NCBI RefSeq assembly: GCF_009914755.1
Contig: NC_060927.1
Strand: one strand, 5' to 3'
DNA from: the human T2T-CHM13v2.0 reference genome, Homo sapiens
DNA length: 64,000 bases
Shown: positions 14,195 to 28,213 of the stretch, piece after piece
Layout: each line of letters starts with the position of its first letter
How positions within the stretch are numbered: the stretch's first letter is position 1
Program-made: the position numbers and the translations under genes
The notes under the pieces: generated by a model
The model's input: only the letters and a program-made list of their open reading frames with translations
The model's database searches: none
What the model was told of the DNA's origin: nothing

Positions 14195-14360
14195 CTATTC
14201 ATTGAGTTGACAAACATTTATTGAGTTCTTACTGTATGCCAGGCATTGTGCTAGGTGCTGGGGATTGATTCAAAGATAATTTGGAGGCGTATGGAAGGGG
14301 AGTGGATAATTACAGCACAGTGAGATAAGTGCTATAATAGGGGGATATATAAAGAGCCAG
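14195..14360 (-). mobile_element. L2 3' end fragment
   Basis: caaacatttattgagttcttactgtatgccaggcattgtgctaggtgctgggga. Confidence 0.75.
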
Positions 14361-14689
14361 AAATAGCACTATGAATAACATCTTTGAACAAATTGCCTTC
14401 TTTTTTCCTTTTGGATTATTCCCTTATGTATATTGCCCAAAGTGGGATTACTGGGTCATTTAAAAGATGAAAACAATTTGGCACAAAAAGATGTAATGAC
14501 TTGCCTGGGGAATACAGCTCAATTTTCAACAGAGAAAGAAAAAATTGTTGACAAATCCAGATTTAGATCACTTTACCAGGAAGATGGGGCAGTTTTTATA
14601 CTACCCTTTCAACATGGTGGCTTTTAGGGGCGGGGTGGGGGGGATTTATTCTAAACATGTTAGCCTGCGTGTAGGAATCACACGTCCTC

Positions 14690-14875
14690 ATATTTAATCT
14701 CACAACTTGATTGTTCTCACAAGAACCTAGCTGTATACATATTATCGTTTCCATTTTACAAATGAAGAAACTGCACCCTTGATAAAAGGAAGTAAGTTGC
14801 TCAAAATTCCATAGTTAATAAGTGTAGAATCCAAGGGTCAAGCACAGTTCCTTTTATTCTTTGACTCTATCCTGT
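14690..14875 (-). mobile_element. MIR fragment
   Basis: ccattttacaaatgaagaaactg. Confidence 0.65.
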
Positions 14876-15574
14876 TCCCCATGCTGTGTTTACCAATTGA
14901 GGGTACCTGTGCTCTAGCCGGGGCCCGGAATTTAATATTTAATGAGTCACGGAGGCTCTTAAGATGATGGTCAGGCTCTATGAAATAGGTGTAGATTTTC
15001 TTACCTCTGAAGTCATAGCCAGGGAACAATGTCTTTCTGTATATTGACCTGAAAGGACCCAAGGGCGCATTATTCCTGACCCTGGCTCAGGTGCTGAAAG
15101 GCTATTTGCATAGCCCTACTGTTAGAGCACAGAATCCCAAGTAAAGCTGAAACCATGCCACAGTTTTGCTGTGAAACATTTATTACTTTTCTAGTACTTA
15201 ACAGTATTAAGTAAAAACTCCTGCCCCTGGTATCCAGGACCTGTCATAAATGGACACCAACATCGGTCCACTGTGGGTCCATGTGGGTCCTTGATGCTCC
15301 TGCTTACATATCTTTAAATCAAACACATTTCCTACCAACCCCCAGATATATCTTGCACTTTCTCACCTTCATGCCTTAGCACATGCCTTTCCTTTAGCCT
15401 GAGATAACCTCTCCAATCTTCATTCATAGAACTCCCAATCCTCCTGTAAACTTCTGCACAGACGCCATCTTGGGAAGGGAATAATCCTTGATCACCACCT
15501 GCTCTCCCATCCATTAGAAGTGATCTCTGTGTTCTCTGTTCTGCTAACTCAACCACAGTTAGCTGTGAGGCAAT

Positions 15575-15705
15575 AGAGTACAAATGTATGCTGCATATGA
15601 GCATGGGATATGGATTTGAATCCCGGCTGTGATACTTCCTCACTGTCAGTTAACTTGCTTGAGCCTGAGTTTTCCCATCTGCCAGATGGGTGTGATACAA
15701 TAGGT
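15575..15705 (+). mobile_element. MIR fragment within L2 remnants
   Basis: ggatttgaatcccggctgtgatacttc...gagcctgagttttcccatctg. Confidence 0.65.
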
Positions 15706-17494
15706 GCTCCCCCTGAAACCCACCATGTTGACAGGAGTAGTATAAAAATGGTCTGATTCTCCCGGTGAGGTCACGTAAATCTGGAATCGTCAACAATTTT
15801 CCTTTCCTTTGTTGTCATGACTTTTTTTTATGACATCACCTCATGTCATGTCACCGTGTGGTATGAAAATTTGCATTGTTACCTGTGCTTCTTCTGTGGC
15901 ACTTGTCCTCCCTTACTTGATGTCTTATCTCTCCTTCTAGACTGGGAGCTCTTCAAGGGCAGGGAGGGCATTGCATCTTTGAAGGCCTTGACATATGGAT
16001 ACTGCTACAAAGTTTCCTTTAAGGGAAAGGAGGATTCCATACAACCTAAGTGGTGACATCAGCACAGGCTCATTACTAATCTCATGTCACGAGGTTTCAG
16101 GCCTGGCTGAGAACTCTGTGAGCTCTGTGATGTTGAGCTTCAGGCACATAGAGTACAAGCTGGGTAGGCCTCTGGCTCCTGCTTAAGAGACAGCAGAAAG
16201 GCTGGATGGAGCCTGTCTCCAGACCAGCTTCTTCTGATTCAAGGAGTTGGGTGGGACTGGCAGTTCACTGAAGGCAGAGTGGTAGTCCTGCTTGGAACGT
16301 GAAACTTTGTTTCTTTCCTGGGCCTTCCAGTGGGTCTGTTATGTTGGTGAGAGTTTCAGACCTAGAGGAAAGGGTCACTGAAGGTATGGGTTAAGAGCAA
16401 CTCTGAAAGCCACCTGCCCCCCGACTTCTCTGTGAGTGGGGCCACAGGGAGAAGATCCCTTCATAGGTAGCTCCCCTACCCTTGCTATGCTTGGAAACTG
16501 ACCATGGAAAGGGATTCATTTCTTAAAGGGATAGGGCTACCATTTAACTTTCTATTGTGTCACTTCCCGAAACGCAACACCTATGGCTTAAGATCCAAGT
16601 GCTTTAGAACATGAGATACAAGGTCTTCCAGGCTCTGGCTGCCACATCCCTTTCCAGGCGTGTGTCCCACCACATTCCTCTGCATCCTCTGTCACTGGCC
16701 TCACCAGATTAGTCACTTTCTCTGAGAACACCCTGAACTCATCCTTCTCAAGGCCTTTGCACATTGTGTTCCCTGAGCCTATTTTTCTCCTCCTCATCCG
16801 TGGAAATCCTCTTGGGTGTTCAGGCATCGTTTAGAAGTCACATCATCTGCAGAGAACTTTTAGACCCTCAAAAGGACGTTGCATGTACTCGTGCTTTTCT
16901 ACACTTTTCATTCTGTCTTTTGTGTTCCAGTGTGTCCCCCATTGAGGCTCTTCGACACCCCTAGGCATGTCCAACTCAGCACCTACACCTGCTAGGTCCA
17001 CACACTGTGTTATCCAAGACAGAAGGTGTTAGCAAACCTCTCTTTGGTGCGCCCCTGAATGCAGAACATGTGACATTCTGTTAACTAACAGTTGTGCCAG
17101 AGTGGTTTCCATAGCCCATACTGGGGTTCCCATGATTTGTTTGATCATGAGCCCGGCCATTCGAATTGTTTTTGAATTGGTCTGATATCAGCTAGTTAAT
17201 TGTTAACCCTTTTCAGGTTTGTTTCCCACATACCAGTAGATGTCTGCTTAGTGCCAGGGTTCTGAGCTTTTTATTTCACTTAAGAATATAATAGCAAGGT
17301 AGAATTCAGGAAAGATTTACTTGCTGTTAATGTGAACTTTTAAAAAAATAGTTTGAAATGTAGGCTTTGTTTTTATCCCAAAGCTCCATGAAATATGAAA
17401 ATAGCAGGAGTTTTAAAGGTATATTTCCACCTCTAGAGGAAGAACTGTCCATATTATAGTTGTAATTATAAATTAATAAAGCCTGTGTCATGAA

Positions 17495-17645
17495 ACTTGA
17501 TTTTGAACGCCTGTGTTCAAATCCTGGCTTTACCACTTACTAGCCTAGAGATATTGGATGAGTGTCTAACTTCTCCGTTCCTCAGTTTCTTCAGTGTTCA
17601 ATTGGGAAATTTTTCTTATGGTTGATGGAAAGTTTAAATAAGGTC
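17495..17645 (+). mobile_element. MIR fragment
   Basis: cctgtgttcaaatcctggctttaccacttactagc...cctcagtttcttca. Confidence 0.75.
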
Positions 17646-20063
17646 TTGGATATGAAACTGGGATTTTATTAGTGTGTGTGTTTCAAAATGTGGATTTGGA
17701 GGCCATTTAAAAATAGCATTTCCAAAAAGTTTGCTTTTAAAGCAAAGTACTTAGATATATAAATTTTTATGAATTTTTTTTCAAATGATAAAATAAATGA
17801 GTTTACAGTCAGGAGACATACAGTATCTAACAAACTTAGGGAATATGCTTGGCTTACAAGACGTGGTTTTAGTCCACATAAATTAGAATCACAGAACTAT
17901 AGGCTTTGAGAAATTATAAAAGCCTTGGAAGGGGTGAACGTGAATTAGTGCATATTGTGTGCAGGCTTTGTGCCATACGTGCTAGATATGGGATCCCAGG
18001 AAATGGTTGCATACACCTTGTTGGGTAGATGATATTAACCCTGTTTTGCAGACAGAGAAACCTGAGCTTTGAGAAAATCCTTTACACAAGTCCAATATCA
18101 AAGTCTGGAACTTCAAACTGCACTCCTGATGGCTTCTAGAAATCCTTTCCATTTACAGATATGACAAGACTTGCTTTCACATTGTTGATTTTTTTTTTAT
18201 CCTCTCTTTCTCTGTCTCTGGGGGCAGCACTAATTCAGGGCCAGATAGAACTGTGAAAATCTGCAGTGTTGATGTCACATAACTTGTTTAATGAATCTAG
18301 ATTAGTGTCTTGACTTTTCCTGCCAAGAATCTGCTCATAAAGTGTCTTGTTTTGAGCTCCTTTAACTGTACTCATTCATCAGCCTTTACTTATTTTCTTC
18401 TCTTTTGGAGAGATACTTGCCATTGCCCATAATGTTTGAGGTCAGGAGTATATTTGAAGAGGGCTTTATATTTTCTTAAAAAAAATACAGGTGGAAAATC
18501 AAGTTTATCAGCTATTTCATACCATCTTCTTCTGCCATTTATGGGCAACATGTGGAAGAGGTGGCAGGGAGCTGGGAGTTTGGAATAATGTGTCTCATCT
18601 TGAATTTGTCGCTGACCAGGGAAAATACTCAAGGCCAACTCCATCATTCCCTTTTGGGAATTCGGTGCTTCAGCTGTAAAGAGTGAGGGCACTACTAGGT
18701 GATTCCTAAGATTTAAAATTCTGCATGTTTTGTGGTGTCAAAACCATCAATTTCTGGTGAGCTGCGTGATCCTGCAGCTGTTTCTCTGATACTTTTCAAT
18801 CTTTAGATTTAATCTATTCAACAATGTATAATTTTTTAAAGGGAAGCTTTTATAGATACTTCTGAACTATAACCGGGTGGGGGGGATAAATGGATGTTAA
18901 AAAATAGAAAACAACCAATTAAATAGTATATAGCATGTAATTCTCCTTGGAAACTTACCACGAAATTGAGAAGCACTTTAACAACTGGTAATTTAAATTG
19001 CGTTTGAACTCTGCTAATGGTTTGTTTGCATGGGAACTTCAATCATTTCACAGTGGTTCTTTAGCAAAGCTGCTTGTTCTCTTTATGGAAAATAAGAAAA
19101 AATTATTAAAAGAGAAGTTGGCTATGGAAAATGGAGACCACTTTCATTTGTGCCTGGAGGGAAGCTGGAGAGTGTGAGTGAGACTCCCTCAGGGCCAAGG
19201 GTGGAGAGCTCTTCCTTTCAGTGAAGTTTAAAAATCTGGGAAGTCAGATGCCCTTTGCTGCTGTTGTAGAAACTGTTGTGATTTGTATCTCTCTCTGCAA
19301 GGAGAAGCTTTGGTTTTATGCAGCTTGCGGGTGAGGGTAGGGACAACCTTTTTCGTTTGTTTTATGAAATTGCATTGTTCACAGGTCTAATGTTGGCTTC
19401 CTAACAACCCATTTCTCAGTAAGTTTGAAATTATGCCTCTCTCTCCTTTCAGTGGAAATGGCTTTCAGAATTCCAATGTCCTTGAAGACCACTAGGTCTC
19501 AGGAAACTCCTTGCTTTTCTGGGCTGATAGTGATTATACTCCATTTTGCCTACTTAATTTCTGTCTGCTGTTGAGGTTACTGGGAGAGCGTTGAAATAGG
19601 TGTTCGAGGCCTGGATTTGTAAGTCCTGGTTTGGCTCTAGGTGTGACTCATGTGACCAAGCACAAGTCCCTCTGCCCAGTGTGTTTTGTTGTCCTTTGTC
19701 AAAGCAAGCAGTCACTTGATCCAGTGGATCAAGTGGCTCCTGAAGAGGTCACCTCCTTACCCAGGCCACCGGGTTCTCTTGTCAGTTGGAAAAGTTGAGG
19801 TGGGTCATTTAAAAAATCCCTCCCAACTTTGAACTTGGAATTGTTTTGTACACAAAACAATTGTATGATTGGCTAGGTAATGTTTACAGTGACAACAATG
19901 AAATGGGCATGGTAGTTTCTCGTATGTGGATTTCTCCTGCATACATGAAAGACAAGTTTTATAACAGCCCTTGCCTTGGGATACTTGTCTGTTGGCATAC
20001 ATACTGTGTAATCATTAGCAAAACAATAATAGTTGCTAATGAAATAAAACCTGTAATAAGGGC

Positions 20064-20487
20064 TGTATTAGGCTATTCTAGCATTGCCATAAAGAAATAG
20101 CTGAGGCTCGGTAATCTATAAGAAAGAAGGTGTAATTGGGTCATGGTTCTGCAGTCTGTATAAGCATGGCACTGGCATCTGCTTGGCTTCTGGGAAGACC
20201 TCAGGGAGCTTTTACTCATGGCTGAAGGCAAAGGAGGAGCAGGTGTCTCAGATGGCAAAAGCAGGAGCAAGAGAGGGAGTAGGCAGAGGAGTTGCCACAC
20301 ACTTTTAAATGACCAGATATCATGAGAACACACTCGTGATCGTGAGGACAGCACCAAGAGGATGGTGCTAAACCATTCATGAGAAATCCGCCCCCATCAT
20401 CCAATCACCTCTGCAGGCCCCACCTCCAACAGCAGGTATTACAACTCAACATGAAATTCAGAGGGGACACATATCCAAATGATATCA
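20064..20487 (-). mobile_element. MSTB-type MaLR solo LTR
   Basis: 424 bp with TG...CA termini (tgtattagg...gatatca), 5-bp TSD agggc/aggac, MST-typical ggtgctaaaccattcatgagaaatccgccccca. Confidence 0.92.
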
Positions 20488-21511
20488 AGGACGGCTTACT
20501 GGGAAATGTCAAGATTGTTTATCCCTCTGCTGCTCACTGATTCTCACTTTTCAGGCAAGGAAACTAAAGTTCAAAGAACATTAGGTCCTATAGTTAGAAA
20601 TTTGTCTCCAAACTCATATTCCTTTTCTTTTTTTATTTGGTATAGTTTAGGTTTATCTGTTAATTTTTTTCTTCCCTACAATTTGAGTATCTAACTGACT
20701 TGCCTCTTTCACCTCCATTATTAAGATGAAGCTGTTTTCCCAGGAGAACTAGGAGAGCTGAGATATGAACACTGAGGCATCAGCATTCTCTTTCCCCATC
20801 ATTCTGAGTCAAATTAGTGAAATAAGAGTGCCAGGATCTGACTAGGAGTTTAGGAGGTATAGAAGTAAACCACGGCCCAGTCAGAGACTTTATAAGCCTG
20901 GGAATTTCTGAAGCTGGTTAAGACCCTAGAGATACATAAGCAACACCCTTCTGTTTTTCATAGGTGGGAACTTTGAGGCTCAGAGACAGAGCAGAAGACA
21001 GAACCTGGTCTTCTGATTCCCTGTGTTCTGCTTTTTTCATTGTTCCACTGGACGCTCATCAGAGGGAAGATCTTTTTCCTCAATTGGTGAGTCCCGCACA
21101 CAAAAAGAACACATTTGCCTTTTAAAATCAATGTATATGTTTTAATGAGTTTTAAACATCAGTGTTTTCCACTTAAAGTATGGGCATCAGTAACTAGGAT
21201 GCATTAAGAATAAGAGAAGAACTGAAATGCCCTTCCTTCTTTCTTGAGTTGCTTTTATGGCAATAGACAATATATAACCATGCTAATAAAATGTGTGGCA
21301 AAGCAAAGGCAGAGCTCAGCTCTTGGAAGGTGGTAGCATTGAACTTGGAGGAAAATTTGGAGTAACGATGATTTCAGGTTGCCAGCAATTGTATTGCCTC
21401 CTTCTTTCTCATTTGGCATGGAAGAAAGTGTTCATGAAATGGAAAGACCAAAATGAAAATGTCACTGAACAGTGTTTGGGCATTTACAAGGAAAGAAAGC
21501 AGTATTATTGA

Positions 21512-21907
<396 letters not shown>

Positions 21908-22713
21908 TAAATTTGCTTAGGCAAAGGGTGTGAGCCTTTGTTTTAAAGGGCCTGCCAGAGCTCCACCAGGATGTGAGGTGCAAATCCTGTTATGTGCTCA
22001 GAAAGGAGAATTGTGACCAGGTAAGGTAAACTTTCCCTTGTGTTTTGGTGTACCTCTGTACTTAATGGGTAGAGTAGAACATTATGTTCTAAAAAATCGG
22101 GGTGGTAAAAAGAATCAACAGTGTGGAATACCCTGGGCTCTAAGGAAAGCTGAGGAAATTAGTAAGGGAATTCTGGGTGCGACTTCCACTTAGGATCCTG
22201 ATTCGATGGTCCCCATTGGCTGAGGCCAATTCATATATGCCCCCAGCATTGGCTTTGTACTGAGTAATTAATACACCTTGACATATTTGTGGTGTAGTTT
22301 TCCAAAACAGAGATGATGCCATTGTGATTGAAAAAAAACTAACTTCATTTAAAAGTGTGACTGAGTTTATAGATGTGTTTTGTCTCTCTGTCTTTTCTTA
22401 ATCAGTGTATCTTAAAAGTACAACTGACTGTGTGCCTATTGATCTATATTACATAAAAGGCTGGAAACCACTGGTTTGATGCTTAAACCTTAGTGTCTGT
22501 TAAAATTTCAAACATGATCTGGAATATATTCCCCCTAGCATACGTTTAAGTATCAAATGAAAAATCTTTGTCACCTCCTCTATGTCTTGAGTTTTTTCAG
22601 TGTTTATAATTAAACTGTGATAAGTATGAAGCTTTGCACTTGGACTTAAAAAAATCAAGTGTGTAATGATAGAAAGGGAGAGATTTCCTTAACAAGAGCA
22701 GACTGGAAGAGAC

Positions 22714-22981
22714 TTTTATTTATTTATTTTATTTTTATTTTTTATTTATTTATTATTATTTATACTTTAAGTTTTAGGGTACCTGTGCACAATGTGCAGG
22801 TTAGTTACATATGTATACATGTGCCATGCTGGTGTGCTGCACCCACTAACTCGTCATCTAGCATTAGGTATATCTCCTAATGCTATCCCTCCCCCCTCCC
22901 CCCACCCCACAACAGTCCCCAAAGTGTGATGTTCCCCTTCCTGTGTCCATGTGTTCTCATTGTTCAGTTCCCACCTATGAG
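22714..22981 (-). mobile_element. 5'-truncated young L1 (L1PA2-like) 3' end
   Basis: Near-consensus L1PA 3'UTR (cccactaactcgtcatctagcattagg; caatgtgcagg); about 20-bp TSD gagcagactggaagag(a/t)ctt at 22696-22715 and 22979-22998. Confidence 0.93.
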
Positions 22982-24060
22982 CAGACTGGAAGAGTCTTAG
23001 AAGTTTTTGTTGTTCATAAGCTAAATATGAGCCAACAGTGGCTTTTGTTGGGAGTGGCTTCCGAAATGCTGATGCAGCCTTCACCTGCGTTTAATAGAGT
23101 ATGGCATCTAGAACAAAGTGAGTGGGTGATTCTGCAAACCTAGAACACCTGGAAACTGGCAAGTGCAGAGGTCATGTGAGCCTCAGGCACAGTTTGAACA
23201 GGACTCTAGCTCTGTTTTTCTGCAGCACTTCTTGCTCTGCCCTTTTTTGTGCCTGGGCTTCATCCTTGGAATGTTTTACCTCATGGGCCATGAGACGGCT
23301 GCCTGCTGAAACCCAAACTATAGATATCCCTGTTCCCATTTAGGGGAAAGAGCCTGGTTTGCTATATTCTCATAGGCTTGGCTGACTGTATATTTCTGAA
23401 CCAGTCATTGAAGCCAAGAGAATGGGATTATGGTAATATGAACCACTATTCTCCTGAAACTGAATTTGGACATAGTCCCATCCAAACCTCATGGTACTCA
23501 CACAGTGGAGAAGAGGTGGCCCCGCAAAGGAATATCTGGGTGCTGTTAGGAGAGGGAGAGAGGACTGGAAGCTCCGTGGGCAACCACAGGCCTTCTGCAG
23601 ACCTCTTTAGCCCCCCTGTCAGAGACCCTCTAGAGAGCCGGGCTTTAGTTCCTGCCTCACCTTCTGAAAAGGCATCAGCCAGCTGCACTGTCTACACGAG
23701 GATGCTGAGAGGACCAGGAATGATGGCCAACCAAGAAGTGTTACGGGAATGAGACCATGGATTCTGCTGCAAGATTCTGGGACACACGTGCTCATGGCCA
23801 TCAAGAACATAGAACCTGGGCAGGACAGGGACAGCATTGCTTGTTCATGTGTGTGTCTCCAGAGTCTGCTGGGGTCTCTGGCATGGGATAGGTGCTGCAT
23901 GAATTTTCATGGATAGAATAAATCTGAAGGAAGTGAGGGTCCCTTTCCCAAAGGGTGTTCTATCGGGCATTGGCTGACTCTCTGTTAGGGAGTATAGGAA
24001 TTGTAGCACAGATGAAGCCAGACTACGTGATTTAATGAGAATGAAACAAATGACTGGACA

Positions 24061-24198
24061 AGCTGGGCATCGTGGCTCACATCTGTAATCCCTGTGCTTT
24101 GGGAGGCCATGGCAGGAAGATCGATTGAGGCCAGGATTTTGAGACCAGCCTGGGCAATGTGGCAAGACCCTGTCTCTACAACTAAACAAACAAAATCC
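24061..24198 (+). mobile_element. FLAM_C / free left Alu monomer
   Basis: Single arm with A-rich tail; perfect 14-bp TSD caaatgactggaca at 24047-24060 and 24199-24212. Confidence 0.92.
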
Positions 24199-25651
24199 CA
24201 AATGACTGGACAGAAAGAGGCTTTTGACTTAAGAAGTTTGTGAGGGCATAAAAAGGCAGTGAGTATGGTGGGATGCCCTAACAGAAGTCCTGACAAGTAT
24301 GAGATGTGCAACCCTAGAAAAACAACATCCCTTCACCCTTATTTTTTTGATCTGAGAATTAGGAACAATAATCATTGCCCTGCCTACCTCTCATGTTTGC
24401 TTAGAGCAAGTGCATTGTTAAATGCCAACCTGTTTTGTAAACTATAAAGTGTGGTTCCTGTATGATACATTATTACAGTTGTCTTCTTCCTTAAAGACTC
24501 ATCTTGAATATAAAGAAAAAGACAATGTAAGTTCAGTGCACAGCATCGGGAACATTAGACATGCTCAGCGTATGCCCTTCCTGCCAACATTGTACCTCTT
24601 CCTCCTCCGGGTTGGATGGGCACTAACTCGTCCTCAGTCCTGCAGCTAGATCTGCAACTTTGCTTAATGATGCAGGTTAAAATTGAAATAGAATTATGTA
24701 TTATTATTTTTCACATTCATTTTTGCCTGAGACAGGAGGTGGAGGGTGGTAAATTAAGAAACCCGGGAAGCTCAGTGCTTGAGAGAACCCATAGAAGCTA
24801 CAGTCTAGCCCATTTGGCTTCTTACTTTGTTAGATTAGATAATCATACCTGCTGCTCCAGGCGTGACTAGCCCAGTGGGAGTCAGGAAGGAAATTATTTC
24901 CCTCTGTTGATACCGGTTTACAATTGCCGACTGTCGCCAAGGGCTTTCAGTTTTAATATTTCCTCTTTGGTCCTCAGAAGTATCAGGTATTAGTCTCTGC
25001 CGGAAGCAAAGCATTGGTCACTTCCGTCAGAGGTGAATGTCTTGGCTGTCTATAATTCCTCAGTCAGGTGCTTTCTGGGCATGTGTGAGCATTTGCTCAG
25101 CTAGCTTTTATTGCTTGTATGTTATTTGCTTCAAAAATTACAAGAGGATTTGTCGGGTCTGAGCAGTGACCTATCCAGTCCCCTGAAACTCTATGGTTCT
25201 TCGTGTAACCCAGGGATGTCTTGTAGGAGGTATGTTTGCTGTCCACGAAAGTAAAAAGTAGTGATATCTCTTTCTCTCTTTTGCTTCCTTCCTCCTAATT
25301 CCACATTCTCCTATTTCTTGGCTTCTGGCACAGTGGAGATACCTCTACTCTACATTAGGCATGGCCTTAGGGGATCCGAATTCTCAGGTCTTCCTCAATG
25401 AGTTGCTGTGTGGTAGACAGCATCTGAAGTTTGAATGGGTAGAGAGACCTTTGTAGATTGTGGCCAAATATTTACACCTGGTTCATAGAGTATGTGTTTG
25501 CTGCCCTGATCTCAGTGTTGGTCTGGGTGTTAGTGAACCTCATGATCTTTAGGAAACTATGTGAATTAGGCTTAGTCCCTGACCCTGAGAAGCTTATAGT
25601 TAGGGAAAAAGACAAACATATAAAGGAGAAATACACATTAGAAACATATTC

Positions 25652-25919
<268 letters not shown>

Positions 25920-26060
25920 AGAAACATATTATTTATGGTACACATTTATTAATCACCAGATATGTTTCAGGCCTTACGCTGAGTGCTTGGGAAATTGAGA
26001 TAAATTATAGTCTCAGATCTCATGGGGCGTGGATGAAGAGTTGGGAGAAAGAAAAAAATA

Positions 26061-26841
<781 letters not shown>

Positions 26842-27910
26842 GATTCCCCAGGTTTACATGGATGTGCTAAGGTGGAAGTGGACGTTGCCTGAAGCAGTTG
26901 AATAAACCCAGCACACCTCTGTGGATCAATTTTACTTGAAGACATTTTTGGGGGAAAACTCCATTTAAAACTCTTAAGAGAAGCACTGGTACATAATAGC
27001 ACAGGATGTAAAGTTGGCATGGCTTTTAAGAAGAAAAACACAAGTTTTCAATTCATGCCGTGTTCCCTTACCTCTGTATTTTTGCCCTCCTCAGCGGTAG
27101 AGCTTTTTTGGTAGAAATGTCGAAAGGTTCTTGCTTGAGCCCCTTGCTGTATGCGTGAGACACCGAGACTTGGAAAGGGCACATACTCTTCCAGGGCCAC
27201 AGAGCCAGCGGTAGTCAAGGGAGGAACCATCTGCAGCTCCTCTCTGTGCCCCGCCTTCCACCGCTCCACACAGTCTCTGCTGCATAATGAGTCTGTGCAA
27301 CTTTTAGGATGTTTTCTCTTCTTTTCTCAAACTCTCTCCTGTCCCAGAAACAGATTAGGAAAAATAGGTCAAAAATTGGAATCTTGAGCTTTGATTTTGT
27401 CCCTTTAGTTAAATTTCAGGGGTCTGCGTCTCCTGGTGGGCCATGTTGTGTCCTGAAAAGTTGCATAAATCAATATTACACGGCTCAGACAGTGTATCTC
27501 TGCAGTTATGAATAACATTTGTTTTAGGAACAGAGAGCTGATATACAACGTTACTTTGAGACTGACAAGACCAGACATAAAACCTCAGCCAATACCCTCT
27601 GTCTGGCAGGGAGTTTCTTTTCCAGAGCATCCTTCTCTTCCCCCGACCAAAGCAGTCCTTTTCAAAATCAAGCTCCGCAGTTTATTTTATAGAAGATGAC
27701 AGGTTCCCTTAGAGTCCACATTCACATAACTAGAAAAATTAATGGAAATTGGAGCCTTAAAATTATGGTCAAGCTTATTAGTGACTTTACAGCCAAAATG
27801 AGGAACGCACAGCTTTGGTCACTGAGAATGTGGCTGGCCAGAACGTGAATTCTACTACCTGCTCCATAGTCCCTTTCAACTCTCAGCAATTTTTTTTAAT
27901 ACTCATCTTA

Positions 27911-28213
<303 letters not shown>

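Noticed and set aside
14627-14643. G-rich GC-box/G4-like run ggggcggggtggggggg
   Set aside because: Isolated, with no CpG island or other promoter context
21949-22020. Possible 72-nt exon (ttttaaag| ... cag|gtaagg)
   Set aside because: Good donor but a short, weak polypyrimidine tract and an AAG acceptor; such pairs are common by chance
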